The notes beneath the pieces are model-generated. The model worked only from the letters and a program-made list of their open reading frames with translations. It was not told the origin of the DNA and did not search any database. From contig RHPI01000671.1 of assembly GCA_009103225.1 (NCBI GenBank), forward strand, positions 260,838 to 324,837: a stretch of 64,000 nt of DNA, read 5' to 3'. A program made the position numbers and the translations under genes. Each line of letters starts with the position of its first letter. Position 1 is the first letter of the stretch. Source of the DNA: Chlorokybus atmophyticus. Lineage: Eukaryota > Plantae > Mesostigma and Chlorokybus algae. Below, piece after piece: positions 11,837 through 24,456 of this stretch.

Positions 11837-14590
11837 ACAACTACCCCATCATGGTGTTCATGCATGCATTGCCAATGGCAAACGCAACCACCTGCACAAC
11901 AGCCTTTGGTTAGCAGACGACCCAAAAGGACTCCCTCCTCCTCCGCCCACATCACCGCCTCCCCCCACAACTTTGTCGCACACCCTGCTGCGAATGCGTC
12001 GTTAGGGTTTGCGCCCATTTGCGCGCAGCATGCATGCGCGTACCACGTCGCATCCCCTTTCGCACTCGGTGCGTCGTGTGTGCTGCTTATCGCTAACATG
12101 GGCAGATTGTGGTGCTCCCCATGCATGAACATATCCACGTTCGTCTCGTGCTCGTCGTGTGTCGTCATCTTTAGTACAGCATGCACGACCCACATGGCGG
12201 GTACTAGTCTATCCATCACACTGCCTATGCATGTATATCAAGAAGCGGTTGTTGCGAAGGTTGCGTGGGAAGCTGTGGAGTATGCAAGGCTTGGCATATG
12301 ACACGAGCTAGAAGCAGCTGTACAACATGGTGGTGCATAGGTTGAAGACGACAGCAATCCCGACCAGCACAAGGTGGCAGACGTGAGCCAACATTTCCAA
12401 AAGCAGCACACGACAACGACAACAGGTAGTACGGCTAAGTGATGGGTAAGTGAGTGTGGGGAACAGATTCACTGCCCGCATATATGTCGAGTCAATGCAC
12501 AGCTCGCAGAACTTCCTTGTGCATTGCGAAAATGCCTTGCTGTGCGCGTCCCCGCTGAATTTGCAACGTGCAATGTAACTACTAACCCTAATTACTGCAG
12601 TTTGTGAGTGACTGACGCGTAGGGGATAAGAGCGCGGGCAACCGCTCAAACCCTTGGGGGCATTAGCAGTCGTAGACTCGTCGTCGTCGTGGGTGGCGGC
12701 GGCGGTGGATGGCTAATTTCTCCCTTCTGCTTCCCCGCGGCGCTCTGCAGGTGCTTCCTTTGCAGCTTGCTGCTGCCCCCCTTCCCCCTTCCCTCTGCCC
12801 ACACTCCTCCCCCAGTCTATAGCTAGTGCACTTAGCTATAGTTGAATGGAGCCCCCCACCCCGTTGTTTTTGCCTAGCTTGTACTGTATTATCGAGCTTT
12901 GCCGTGTTGTCCTTGCTTGCTTGACTAATTGTCCCCAATCCATCTATATACTAGGCAAAATGCCCAGTTCAGCACCTGCTACCAATCACGCAGACTACCA
13001 TACATATATTAAATCTCATGCATCCGACACATACACGATCACAATCTGCAATCCAATAATGCGCAACATATTCTGTAGCATAGGGTAGCTTGCTGCTTAT
13101 TCGGCATAAGTAAGTCTGGCTTGCCTCCAATCTTGACCACCAGTGCGTGGTGTGTACAAAAGGTATCAGCTATTGTGCCTATACTATCATATGCATCCAT
13201 GCGTGCGTGCGTGCGTGCTGAGTTGACCAAGTTGATTGAGTTGACGGCGCTGCTGCTGGCCTGGGATAACCCGTTGTTGTTGCTGCTTGCCTTAAGGAGT
13301 ACCTTATTGCTGATGTAATATGATACGTGCTGCTGCTCCATTGGTTTGCTATTTGCGCATATTCATCAACATACAAGCGCCAATACCAGTGAAAACAAAA
13401 GACGTAAATATAATGTGTACGAGAGCATTATGTTGTTGCGTAATCCGACGCACCTTGATAGGTGCTGACTGTGCATTGGTCTCATTTTATCTTACATATA
13501 TACATACATAACATTGCGCATAATGTCAATTGAAAGCCTGCGTATGTTGCGGTCAGTTACTGCATCTGAAATATTGAAATAATTCATTCGCACACCGCAA
13601 ATGCCTTTTCTGATTGTTAACGAACTACAATAACCACTAGAATTGCAGATCTGCGACTCTAGTGATCGATCAGTGTAAAATATCAACACTACATGTGTAA
13701 TGTAGTTTGCAACCAAATGCTAAACACACTAGTTAGTACAACCATCTTCGCAAATTTCTTGCAATGCATTCACCTTTTCAAGATTTTCTTGTATTCATAT
13801 CTACTCCCTGTATTGAAGGGTATTACATTAAAATGTTGTAAACATACTTGTATACCATAATAATTTACATATCACATTTGTAAATATCTACGTGTTGTTA
13901 TTTACCATTCAAAAGATCATTTGGCAAGGCACACATCATAATGGAACAATGTTTCAGCTTTCATAACCATGCCAGATTCAAGCGTATGCTTGTAGTATTA
14001 TTGAACTCTCAGCAAATGCTGCTGTTGGCAGCAGCGCATTAGGTGCGTGGCACATTTCATGACTCAGCAAATTGCTGAACAAATGATAATCAATGTCATA
14101 AACTCCAATGAACTCCGAAGCAATTGCAATTGCACACTGTCAATCTGACATTTGAAGCACAGGCAGCGTCCAATGGACTGCATCGTACTCGTGCAACGCT
14201 GCCGGAGCTGCGCTAGGCTCGCTGGATGCTGGCGGCATTGTCGGCCTGCAGGCTCTGCGGCTTGCTTCTCGGAAGAAAAAGCGGCGCGAAAGAGGGGCCT
14301 ATCGGCTGCACTTGCACGTTGGTACTTATTGGGGTGTGGTTAGAGACTGTGCGTGGGAGTGTATGCCCATCCTTGCTGCTGGTTAGCGCCGACCGTGCAG
14401 CAGCACGGCGCCTTACCGCCTTCTCCTCAGGCTGCTAAGGCTGCCGCATTGCGACACCTCGTGTGTATGGCAGCTTTGTCTCGCTCAGTTGAGCTGAACT
14501 AAATGGTGGGAGCCAAGTGTTGAAAAGCATAGGCCACGCTAGGCTATGATAGGGTAACCACTGCCAGGCCATTCAGCGGCGCCGCCCGGG

Positions 14591-17015
14591 ATGGCGTCCG
14601 TGTCCAACGACATGGACACGGGCGAGGACGGCAGCAATTGCGAGGTCTTCCCGCTTGAGGGCTTTGGAATGCCGGTGTTTCAAATGCAGTGCGACATGTG
14701 GAAAGCCGGTAACTTGTTTACAAAACTGCAGGCACATCGCAAAATCAGCTGTCAGCTGTACTGTTTGCGCCTTGTTTGACCTGCACTGAAGCTTGCCTAG
14801 TTGACAAATTGTATTCGCAACGGTTGACGAACCTCGCAGTCTCACCAATCTGATGCTTTGGCTATGTGGCTTGCTGCAGGCAAGCTTTGCGATGTTACGG
14901 TTGTGGTTGGCAAGCGACAGATCCGCGCAAACCGGTTCATGCTTGCTTCAGAGTCAAGGTGCATGCACACCTGATCGCAGAGCATGCTTGTTCAGTGCAT
15001 GCAGCATGCAATGGCGGATTACATTCTGTTTGATTGCTGTCTACCAAAAGTTTTACTTCTGGCCAGATACTTTCAGACCCTTTTTACCAGCGAGGAGTAT
15101 AGGGATAGCACATCGCCATATATCGAGTTGAAAGAAGTTGATCCGGACGCTGTGGCCAGCATAATTGAGGCGATGTACAAGCGTCAGGTGAGTATATAGC
15201 AATGCGTTTATGTGACTTGCTCTTACATGGAATGCAGCATCTTGCATATGACGCTTCAGTCGCAATGTGGTGTTGCATGCGCGTGTCTTGCACTCGTAAA
15301 TGCTGCTGTGATTTGCTTTGCCAGCAGACGTACGGTGCTTAACGACTATACTGGGTGCAGGTTCGCATCAGCAGCGGCCGCTGCGTAGATGAACTCTTGG
15401 GCGCAAGCGATCGTCTTCAGGTACGCCATGCAGCAGAGTTAGAATTTTAGCTTGCTGTCCCCCCCAGGTCTTTTTCATCAATGTTGCTCAGACTGACATT
15501 CTGTGCAGGTGGACTCAGTGCGCACAGCATGTTGCACCTTTTTGCAACATCAGCTTGATGTCACCAATTGTCTTTACACCCTCAGGGTGGCAGGTACGGC
15601 ATGCATGTTGAAATGTTGAACTTGTTTCCAGGGAGTTGCTTCGCAGTGCAATGACAGTGGTTGGCACCAGATATGTACAACGCACCAGCGCTCAAAGCAG
15701 ATGCCGAGAAGTTCATCCGGCAAAAGCTCTTTGCTGACGAGGGTGCAAGCGCAATCCAGAACAAGTGGTTCATGTTGCTGTCTTCAGAAGCATTATTGGT
15801 AACTCCCTCATTTCAGTCAAGCGTGTCTACTCCAAGCATGCAATTACTCTTCAAGCATTCGTTGCAGTAACTGTATCGGCTTGCTGCCAATCAGTACAAT
15901 TACGGTTAACAATGATGAGTGCTGTTTTCTCAACATCCCATTGCACACATTGCAGGACTTGTTGGTGAAGGACGATCTTGTTGTCTCAAATGAGGAAGTG
16001 CTACTTGATGCAGTGCTTGAATGGGCCAAGAGCGAGCCCTCAGAAAGGCAACATGCACTGCCTCGGTTGCTGGCCGCTGTGCGCCTGGCTCATGTACCTG
16101 CGGGTACGTGTACCCACACAATTACCTATTCAGCAAACCTCTGATTGTGTGCAAACCTCGTGTGACTTTTCTATACAGATGTACTCCGTCAAAAGCTAGC
16201 AGAGCCGTTGATTCATGACAGCAAAGAGTGCTTGCGACTAATGGTTGACGCCCTATTCTACATGCAACTGCCCAACTGTCGAGCCGAGCTCGAACAAATG
16301 CACCACTGGCCGCCGCGTCTCTCCGCAAAGCGCCTCGTCCGGAAGCACTACTGTGTCAAGAACTTCCCGGGGCTGGCAAAGAGGTTCCACACCGATCCGT
16401 TTGATGATGGCCGATGGTATGTCGCGTGCTTGTGTGGTATGCCTGCAGGAAAAGGCGATGCATTTGTAACTGGTTCACATGCGTATTGTGTGTGCTTGCA
16501 GGCGGCTGCTGATTTGCCCAAAAGGCAATGGTCGGGACTCGCAGCATTTGTCAGTCTATCTTGATGCCGCCAACAGCAGCAGCATGAAGCATGGTTGGTC
16601 GCGGAAGGTGGACAAGTGCGTGTTTACGGTTGTCAACCACAAGGATGAGCGGCTACATGTTGTCAAAGGTGAGACATGTCACACTATCTCACTGAAGCTT
16701 TAATGCCGCGAGTTGGTAGCAACTACATTGTACTGTTCGCGTTGGTTGTGCATTGCCATGGGTAATGTTTGTGTGGGCTCTCAGTTGAAGCAATTCTCAG
16801 GTCATGCTAGCTCCTTGACATTATAGGTTCTGCTAACTTTGTGTTGTGTGCTTCCTGCAGAAACCAAACACACATTTGACAGTCGAGAAAGCGACTGGGG
16901 TTTCACCGAGTTTGTGCCGCTCGCGGATATCCTGGACTCGAGCAAAGGATATCTTGTTAACGACACGCTGGAGATCAAGGTCGACATATGGGAGCCCCAC
17001 TATAACCAGCCTTGA
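14591..17015 (+). CDS. BTB/POZ-BACK-MATH(TRAF) domain protein, putative Cullin3 substrate adaptor
   Basis: The BTB domain reads GKLCDVTVVVGKRQIRANRFMLASESR|YFQTLFT..IELKEVDPDAVASIIEAMY. BACK reads LVKDDLVVSNEEVLLDAVLEWAK..LLAAVRL. MATH reads DGRW|RLLICPKGNG..HLSVYLDA..FTVVNH..|HTFDSRESDWGFTEFVPL..KGYLVNDTLEIKVDI, with TGA at 17013-17015. Confidence 0.9.
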
Positions 17016-18193
17016 CGTCACTTATTGTGCAGCAGGTGGTGCGTCACTGCGTCTCCCTCCATTTCTCTCGTTCTTTTCAGTTCAAGACTGTGTGAGTGGT
17101 GGTGGAAAATGCAGCCAATGTGGACACATGGGCGTGGTGTGTCTTGCGTGGTTGACCTCTCGGGAGTGTTGTTATCGGCATGAGTACATGTACATAGCGG
17201 TTTCAAGTGGGAGACTTGCCGGGCGTGCTGGTTTGAAGGCTCAGCCACTAACACAGGATGGTTGCGAGCTCGGCACGCTCAGCCTGTAAGTTGACCAGGT
17301 TGCGCCAGACGCCGCTGAAATGCTTGCTGGGCTTTTCTGCACTGGGGACCCTTCCCAAACACTTCACTTGTTGGGCTTGGCTTTGATTTGATTGTATGTT
17401 GCGTGTCTGGGCACATTGACCACCTCCCAACTTGGCATAGTTTGCACTGTTGCGCGTATTTGGGCCTTGCCTTCCTTGTGTTGCCTTTCTCATGTTACAA
17501 CAGCCACGTCAAGGCAGAAGCTTGACATGTTGCTCGCCCATATCAAAAGAAGCAAAAGCCACAAGACAGCACATGCATGTCCTGCATTTGATGTACACAG
17601 TGATGGTGTACAACTTGATAAACTGAGTTGGTAGTGTGCATGTGAGTGTTGGTGTGCATGTGGCATATGTATGCGTGTGTCTCACACAGCACTTTACATA
17701 CCCTATACACTCTCAACATCAACAAGCGTGCGCATAATGCCCTCTGCAGCATTTGTATACCTGAACAGCCCATGCAACCCGCGCACACGTCTGCACAGAT
17801 CATGGGTTATACCTTGTCTGAGCCCAACCTGCAACCTGCTTGATCAGTGCGGTTGAACCAAGACTCGTCACACTGTCCGCGTGGAATGTCCAATGTGCAT
17901 AATTGAACATCGCCATCATTATATGCAATTGGCATGGACAGAACCCGGACTCTCATGTATGTTGCGTGTAATCGATATGAGTTGATATGGATTGGCGCAT
18001 GTGCAAGCAGTTAAAGCTATGGCTTAGTGGGTATAGTGGATACGCGCGCAATTGCGACTCAGTCCATCACATCGTGTACATAACATGGTGCCCATGACAT
18101 CGTGCCCATGAGAACACTGCTCGTTGAAGTCCTGCTCAAAGGGATGACCCAGCTTTTCCGGTGTTGCAAGGTGAACCTGATGGCTGTGCACTG

Positions 18194-18857
18194 TCACTGC
18201 TCAGGCCACAACGAAGTGGCCTTCCCAGTCTTTGCCACCTTGGCGACCACGTCCTCTGGCTTGACATTGCCTCTCACCACCACCTTCTGCTCCTGCAGGT
18301 TCACGTCAAAGGACTCCACGCCTGGAGGGATGCAGCACACCAATACGCACTTTAGCAAACGGACACTTGTACCAGAACACATTCCCCAAGATATTCAGCA
18401 TGTGTGGCAACGGCAAGAGATGAGATAAGCAACCCAGCAGGCATACTGGCTACGACGCAGCCATGATGTGTGCGCTGGGCTTGCATTGCACGTTGAGCAG
18501 TGAGAGCAATGAGAAATGTGACCCTGTTGCTCTCAGCTCATACGCAAGCACACACCAAGAAGACAGACACCCATAGCTTCTGTTAGGCTCGTTTTGCCGC
18601 AACGCACCTTCCATCTTGCCGAGTACTCTCTGGACGGCGCTGACGCAGCCGCCGCAAGTCATAGCAACCTTCAGCGTCACAGTCTGCCCGCACAGGTAAG
18701 ACCAGCTCAACAACCATCAACATCAACCAACCGTCGTCAGATCAAACTGTCATCACTGCTGCTCGCTGCTATGCAGGCAACGAACTGCAACCAAGCAACA
18801 GCCATGCAAGGGAACGAAGAGGGACTTAACCAATAACAGCAACCTTACCTCTGCCAT
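18194..18857 (-). CDS. ATX1: Copper chaperone ATX1/CCH (single HMA domain)
   Basis: Three exons give MAE|[26 protein letters not shown]|[41 protein letters not shown]. It carries the MxCxxC motif and the conserved KTGK. Confidence 0.95.
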
Positions 18858-18984
18858 GTTGACCCAGCCCTGGCTCCCCCAGCCGCAGCGCCTGTCTTCT
18901 CAGCTGTGAGAGCTCAGCTGCGAGTTGCCAACAACTAATTCACCCCCAAGTTGCACTGTGCAAGCCGACGAAGGGAACCCTAAT

Positions 18985-19073
18985 TTCGTACACTTCGTAC
19001 AAGCCGCACAAGCATGCGAGTCCGTACACGCCGCATAAAGCCGCACAAGCGTGCTGACTGGGATGTTACGTAC
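18985..19073. promoter_or_regulatory. Cluster of four CGTAC (GTAC-core, SBP-box/CuRE-like) sites upstream of ATX1
   Basis: TTCGTACAC at 18985, TTCGTACAA at 18994, TCCGTACAC at 19021 and TACGTAC at 19067, lying 130-215 bp upstream of the ATX1 ATG. Confidence 0.65.
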
Positions 19074-19267
19074 TGTGCTGACTGACGAGCATTCTGATGG
19101 GTGCGTGGCGTAGCGTTCCTGCAGTGGCGGTGGCGGTGGCGGTGGCGACGGCCGTAGAGGAGAAGGACGTGTGACGTGGGGTGGACTTGGAGTTTGTGTG
19201 TGTGGGTGTGTTACGGGGGCGAGAGTGGCCTGGTGGGGGATCAGTTGTCGTTGGGAGTGATGTCTTG

Positions 19268-21731
19268 ATGGCGTTGAGGCTGCTGGCGCCGAAGCTGCAC
19301 ACCGTACTCCCGCAGGTGTGAACTGCTTGCCCTCTTTTACGTATGTGCTCGGCCTTGCGCGCGATTGATGCTTCCAATGTGAGGATCAATTGATAAAGCT
19401 CGCAGCTGGTGTGTTTTGTGCTGCGATAGCCAAGGTTGTTTTGCACCTGTGTGCTAGTCAGCTTCAACATCACAATTCCCCAAGCTGAGAAATCTAGCGT
19501 TGCCTTGTAGTTGTTAGGACAAGCATTTTTATCAGTGCGTACACAAGCATTGGCGCTTGAAGGCCACTCAGATGCTTGCGCTGCTGAGTTTACTGTTTCC
19601 AAAGGTAGAATCAGTCTTGGGAATGTCTTGCTGTGGCATCGTCGTGATGAGCAGTTTTTCTGTTTGTCACTTGAGAAGCAGCGTTGCAGGCCTATTAGCC
19701 CAAGACCATACACATCACAGCGAAGAATGACTGCGGTCGCAACATGCTTGTACACTTTGTGGAGTTGCTACTGCTGCTCTTTAGGTGTTTGTGGCAAAGT
19801 CGATAGGCGCTAGCTGTGGTCACGCCATGCTTGAGCTGTATTGTCAGTCATCGCAATGTCTGTGGCACAAGTTGTGCAATGGAGTAATTGAACCTTTGTG
19901 TATAGAGGTGTCGTGCGGGTGGCTTGCTGCTGGCACGTTCAATGTCTGGCACAGAGGCCAGTAGCAGCAGCACCAATCACAGCGGTGACGCAGGCAGCAG
20001 TGCGAGCACAGCTAGCAATGCAGACAGCAGCACAAGTCCGGACAGCCCGTCCGCAGCAGGGCACGCACTCAGGAGGCCAATCTCACCAGTCACCCCATTG
20101 GTAAATAAGCTGGTTTGTGTTGTCAAGCTTGCTATGCGGCACGGAGTAGTTGCGTTCGCTTAAACAACATCTGCAGAGGGTCCCATCAGCGTCACGCCTT
20201 CCGGACTCAGTGCGCATAGTTGAAGTCGGTCCTAGGGACGGTCTCCAAAATGAGCCCATGTTGGTACCTACAGAAGTGAAGGTGTGTATGGGACACTTGT
20301 AATGACTTGCAGTATCCTGATTGCGTGCTCACCACTTGTGTCAAGAACAAAACGCAGTAAGCTGGTGTCTTGTCTGACTGCAGGTGCAGTTCATTCACAA
20401 GCTTGCAAGTGCCGGACTCCCCCTTGTTGAGGCCACAAGCTTTGTCCACCCAAAGTGGGTTCCCCAGGTACAGTAATGTACTGTCAACATGAGATCTCAC
20501 TGATACGCTGTCATGCAGCATGTAACGACATTGCCTGCGCTGCTGGCTTGTTGTTTCGTGCACTTGCTGGCATGAACAGTGCGTACAGCTTACACCGCTT
20601 GCGGCAGATGGCGGACAATGCACAAGTGATGTCCCATCTAAAACGCATAGGCAAAGTGCGGTATTCTGCTCTCACACCGAATCTGAAGGTGGCAACACAG
20701 TGCTGGCTTGTGCGCATGCAATGACCCATATGATTATTGTTCTCCTTACACGGCTCTCATGCAGGGCTTTGACGGTGCACTGAAGTCTGGAGTTGACGAA
20801 GTGGCCGTGTTTGCGTCCGCATCGGAAGGCTTCAGCAAAGCCAATATCAACTGCACCATTGCGGAGAGTCTCGAGCGCCATCGAGCTGTATGTGACAGGG
20901 CCAGCGAGCAGAAGATCCCTGTGCGCGGGTGAGCGGCCAGAACTGCAATTTTGTTAACAGTATCAACTTGGTGTTGCAGTCAGTGTCTAACCACCCTTGA
21001 GCTGTATCAGTTACGTATCGTGCGTCATCGCCTGCCCGTATGATGGGGCAACCCCGCCGGCAGACGTTGCTCGCGTGGCAGCGGCTCTGTACCAAATGGG
21101 TTGCTACGAGATATCACTAGGAGACACAATTGGTGTTGCCACACCTGGTAAGCGTCAATAGTGCCATAACCTCTAGAGATTTGAGTTAGTATGCACATGT
21201 AGCTGAGACTGTACATCGTTTGTGGAGCTGTCACAGCTATTGCCAGGTTGCTCACACGACACGTTGTGTCTGCAGGCACAATCGCTGCCATGATTGAGGC
21301 GGTCTCCGCTGTTGTGCCTATGTCAAAGTTGGCGGTCCATCTGCATGACACCTATGGACAGGCTCTCGCAAACATCCTGACTGCACTACAGGTGGCGTGT
21401 TGTCCGACTCACACACAATACAGCCGTTGATGTGCAATGCAGCGTTTGATCAGCATGTATTGGTAGTGTTTGCTGTCTTGCTAAGTTCTCTCCCGTTCAG
21501 ATGGGCATCTCTGTGGTGGACTCCTCAGTGTCAGGGTTGGGAGGCTGCCCTTACGCAAAGGGTGCAAGCGGTAATGTTGCCACCGAGGACGTTGTCTACA
21601 TGCTTAATGGCATGGGCATCCATACTGGTGTGGATTTGCATGCATTGCTAGACGCTGCAGACTTCATCAATAAGCACCTTAGAAGGACACCATCATCCAA
21701 AGTTGCAAATGCTTTGCGCAGCAACTTGTAA
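19268..21731 (+). CDS. HMGCL: Hydroxymethylglutaryl-CoA lyase, probably mitochondrial
   Basis: Contains [24 protein letters not shown](W)VPQ|[65 protein letters not shown] and [25 protein letters not shown]. The putative presequence exon [16 protein letters not shown] at 19268 is less certain. Confidence 0.95.
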
Positions 21732-22529
21732 ATCATCACCTTACCATACTGCGCTATAGCATAGGGCTAGCTTGTTCACGACTCAACGACAGAGTAGCTT
21801 ACCATTGTGGATGGTGCAAGTGTTGCTGTTGCTTGACCTGTATTCCCACGAACACATTGCCAGCATAAGCACAAGATATGCGTGTGTGTGGTGGGTTCTA
21901 CCATGTCATCATTCAAATCTGCAACTGGTGTCTTGTACAGTTCCATCATAGCATGGCAGAATATGTGTGCAGGTCGTCACAGCTGCCATGACCAACACCA
22001 ATGACCAAGTGCATCACGGTGCACGCGTATCACCCCGAGCGACACAGCGAATCCGCCGCGGCCCACGCCAATCATCTGGTCTTACCTCGCTGCATCGTGT
22101 GGCTCCCCTCATCCCGCGCGCTGTTGCGCGCCTCCTCGATGACCCAGAAGCAACCGTCGGTGCACAGGCCGCGGGGACGATGACATGCACCGACGCTGCA
22201 CTGCCGACAGTTGCCCCTTGCACAGAAGTGACTAGCTCCTTGCATGCTGTGTGAAGGTGCAAGGGCGGCGGCGTGGGCGGCGTGGCGGAGGAGGGCGGCT
22301 GTTGGCGAGGCATTGGCTTGTTGTTGTCAACGCTCAGCTGATAGGAGAAATTCTTCTACAGTTGCAATCGCTGCAAGATTGAGGAGAGTTGGTTCTTGCT
22401 GCTACCGCCCCCCGCTCTACCTCAATTGCACAGCCGCCTACCGGCCTGGCCCAGCTCAGCCTGCCCTTCCTAGCTGCTTGGCAATTGTGGTTGTGGGTGG
22501 GCGTATACACCGACAGGCACCGGCATTGA

Positions 22530-24456
22530 ATGGCTGCAGGCTGCAGGCGCTGGGTCTCTTCCTCCCTGCGTGTCGCCTTGCTCAGCTTGCTGCTGGCTGT
22601 TGTTGGCTCGGCGCTTCTGCTCGGACCGATCGCCGCATTGCTGCTTCAGCATGTCTCACGGTACATATTGGTGGTGGTTGAATGTTATTGCTCAGTCAGC
22701 ATGCGCTGCTTGGCCTCATGCATGCATGCATTCTGTGCTGGTCAGCTTAAGCTACTTCGCACATGAGCTCAAATCATCATGCCCATGCTTGCAGGCATTA
22801 CCCTTACACAACTACACCTGAGAGAGAGGGTCTTTTCCGCTACAATGAAGTAGTCGTTCCTAGCTCTGATTACAGCCGCAACCGCAACATCTCTCTGGCC
22901 GGTCTGTTCTTCCCTCAGCAGCAGGTATGCCTTGCAAAGATCTGTTCTTCCCTCAACCAGCATGCAGTAAGTGCAACATTGTATGGCACATTGCACTTAT
23001 CAAAAAGTTACCACGGAGCAAGCTGGCAAACTAGATTCTGGTGTTTCCCAGCTAAATGGCCCGTGCGTGCTATGCGTTCATGGCCACGGGGCAAACATGC
23101 TGCGAGTCTACGGCTCCCCAGAGGATCCGGAGGAGTCCATCCTCACAAAGGCGGTTGCACCACTGTATGCTGCAGGCTTCACGGTACGGCATTACTTTGC
23201 TTATTGTTCACATGCAGTTCCGGCCTATATGCTCATCCCTTGGGCCGCATTGGCCCCTTTGTTTCTACTTTATGACTGGTGCATTGTGACATCAACAGCT
23301 GCCGTAGCATGCTTGCCTATTACATGAAAACATTTGTGCATGTCTTCTCGTGTCTTCAATTCGCAGATAGGTGAGTTTGCGTGCAGGTGTTGGCAATCGA
23401 TCTGCGCAACCACGGCAACAGCGATGATGCGAAGCCCGTGACGCTCGGCGTGAAGGAATCTCACGATGTGGCGGCCGGCGTGCGCTGGCTGGCAAACCAG
23501 AGCGTCTGCGATCCCAACCGCCTCGGCCTCTGGTATGTGCTCGACGCGAGTGTCACGCTTTCTCAATCACGTCTCCAGCGGTACCACTATTGGCGTCATG
23601 CAGATCAACACTCTCAGGGGTGAGAGCATGGGCGGCGCCACGGTGCTGGTGGCGGCGGCCGGACCCGCGCGAGGACAGGTGCGTGCCGTCGCTTCGGAGG
23701 CCGCATTTGTCAGCTTCAGAAGCGTCATCGGCTCGTGGCTGCGCGACAAGCTGCCCGTGCCGGACTTCCTCGTCAACTACCTTATCTGGTGGTGCGAGGT
23801 CAGTTTTGCTAGTCGCATACACAACTCAGCAGCAGGTAGTATGTGTTCTCTGTTGTTGCCTCATACGTCTTGTGTGTACTTGTGAGCAGGCGCTGGCTGC
23901 TCCGGGAGTGGTACAGCTGAACGTTGCTGATGTGGCGCGCACCATCCCACCTTCCACTGCTCTGTTCATTGCGCACGGGGAAGCAGACAGCTTGGTAAGC
24001 ACAGGTTTAAGTGGAAGTTTGGTCATCAGTTGCACAGCAACGTCGCAAGTGGTGCCACTCTGGAGAAATCATACATGCATGCAAGCATGCCAATGTCCAA
24101 TCGTATCCACTGCAGCATGCAGTCATTTGCAGCTCATATGGCATTCTCTCAAACAAGAAGTCTGAGCAGCTCCTAGTGACTTGGTGTCATCAGTTGTTGA
24201 CAGAGGCTGATTGTGTCACAAGTCCTCATGCATTTTGTCATGTGCGCAGGTGGAGTATCAACATGGCGTCACAATCTATGATGCCGCAAAACGCCGCAGC
24301 AATGCTTGCTGGTCCGAGAGCGGCGAGCCTCTCAGCGCCAACATCTGTGCTGCCGCAGAAGCGGAGTTTTTCTCCCACAGCGGCGGCCACGTGCGCGCAT
24401 ATCAACACCCTCAGTACCATGCGCGGCTCGTTGCGTTCTTCAAGAGTCACTTGTGA
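22530..24456 (+). CDS. Membrane-anchored alpha/beta hydrolase (YqkD/ABHD-like serine hydrolase)
   Basis: An N-terminal hydrophobic anchor is followed by VLCVHGHG, VLAIDLRNHGNSD, the nucleophile GLW|GESMGGA, the acid in FIAHGEADSL|V and His in SGGHVRAY. Introns are GT-AG. Confidence 0.88.

Noticed and set aside
19066-19755. 229-aa minus-strand ORF
   Set aside because: No recognisable domain. It overlaps the HMGCL 5' region and first intron and is best explained as a chance open frame.
22141-22200. ATGA-containing hairpin considered as a SECIS element
   Set aside because: It lacks the SECIS non-Watson-Crick quartet geometry and apical AA placement, and no in-frame UGA was found in the neighbouring intact genes.
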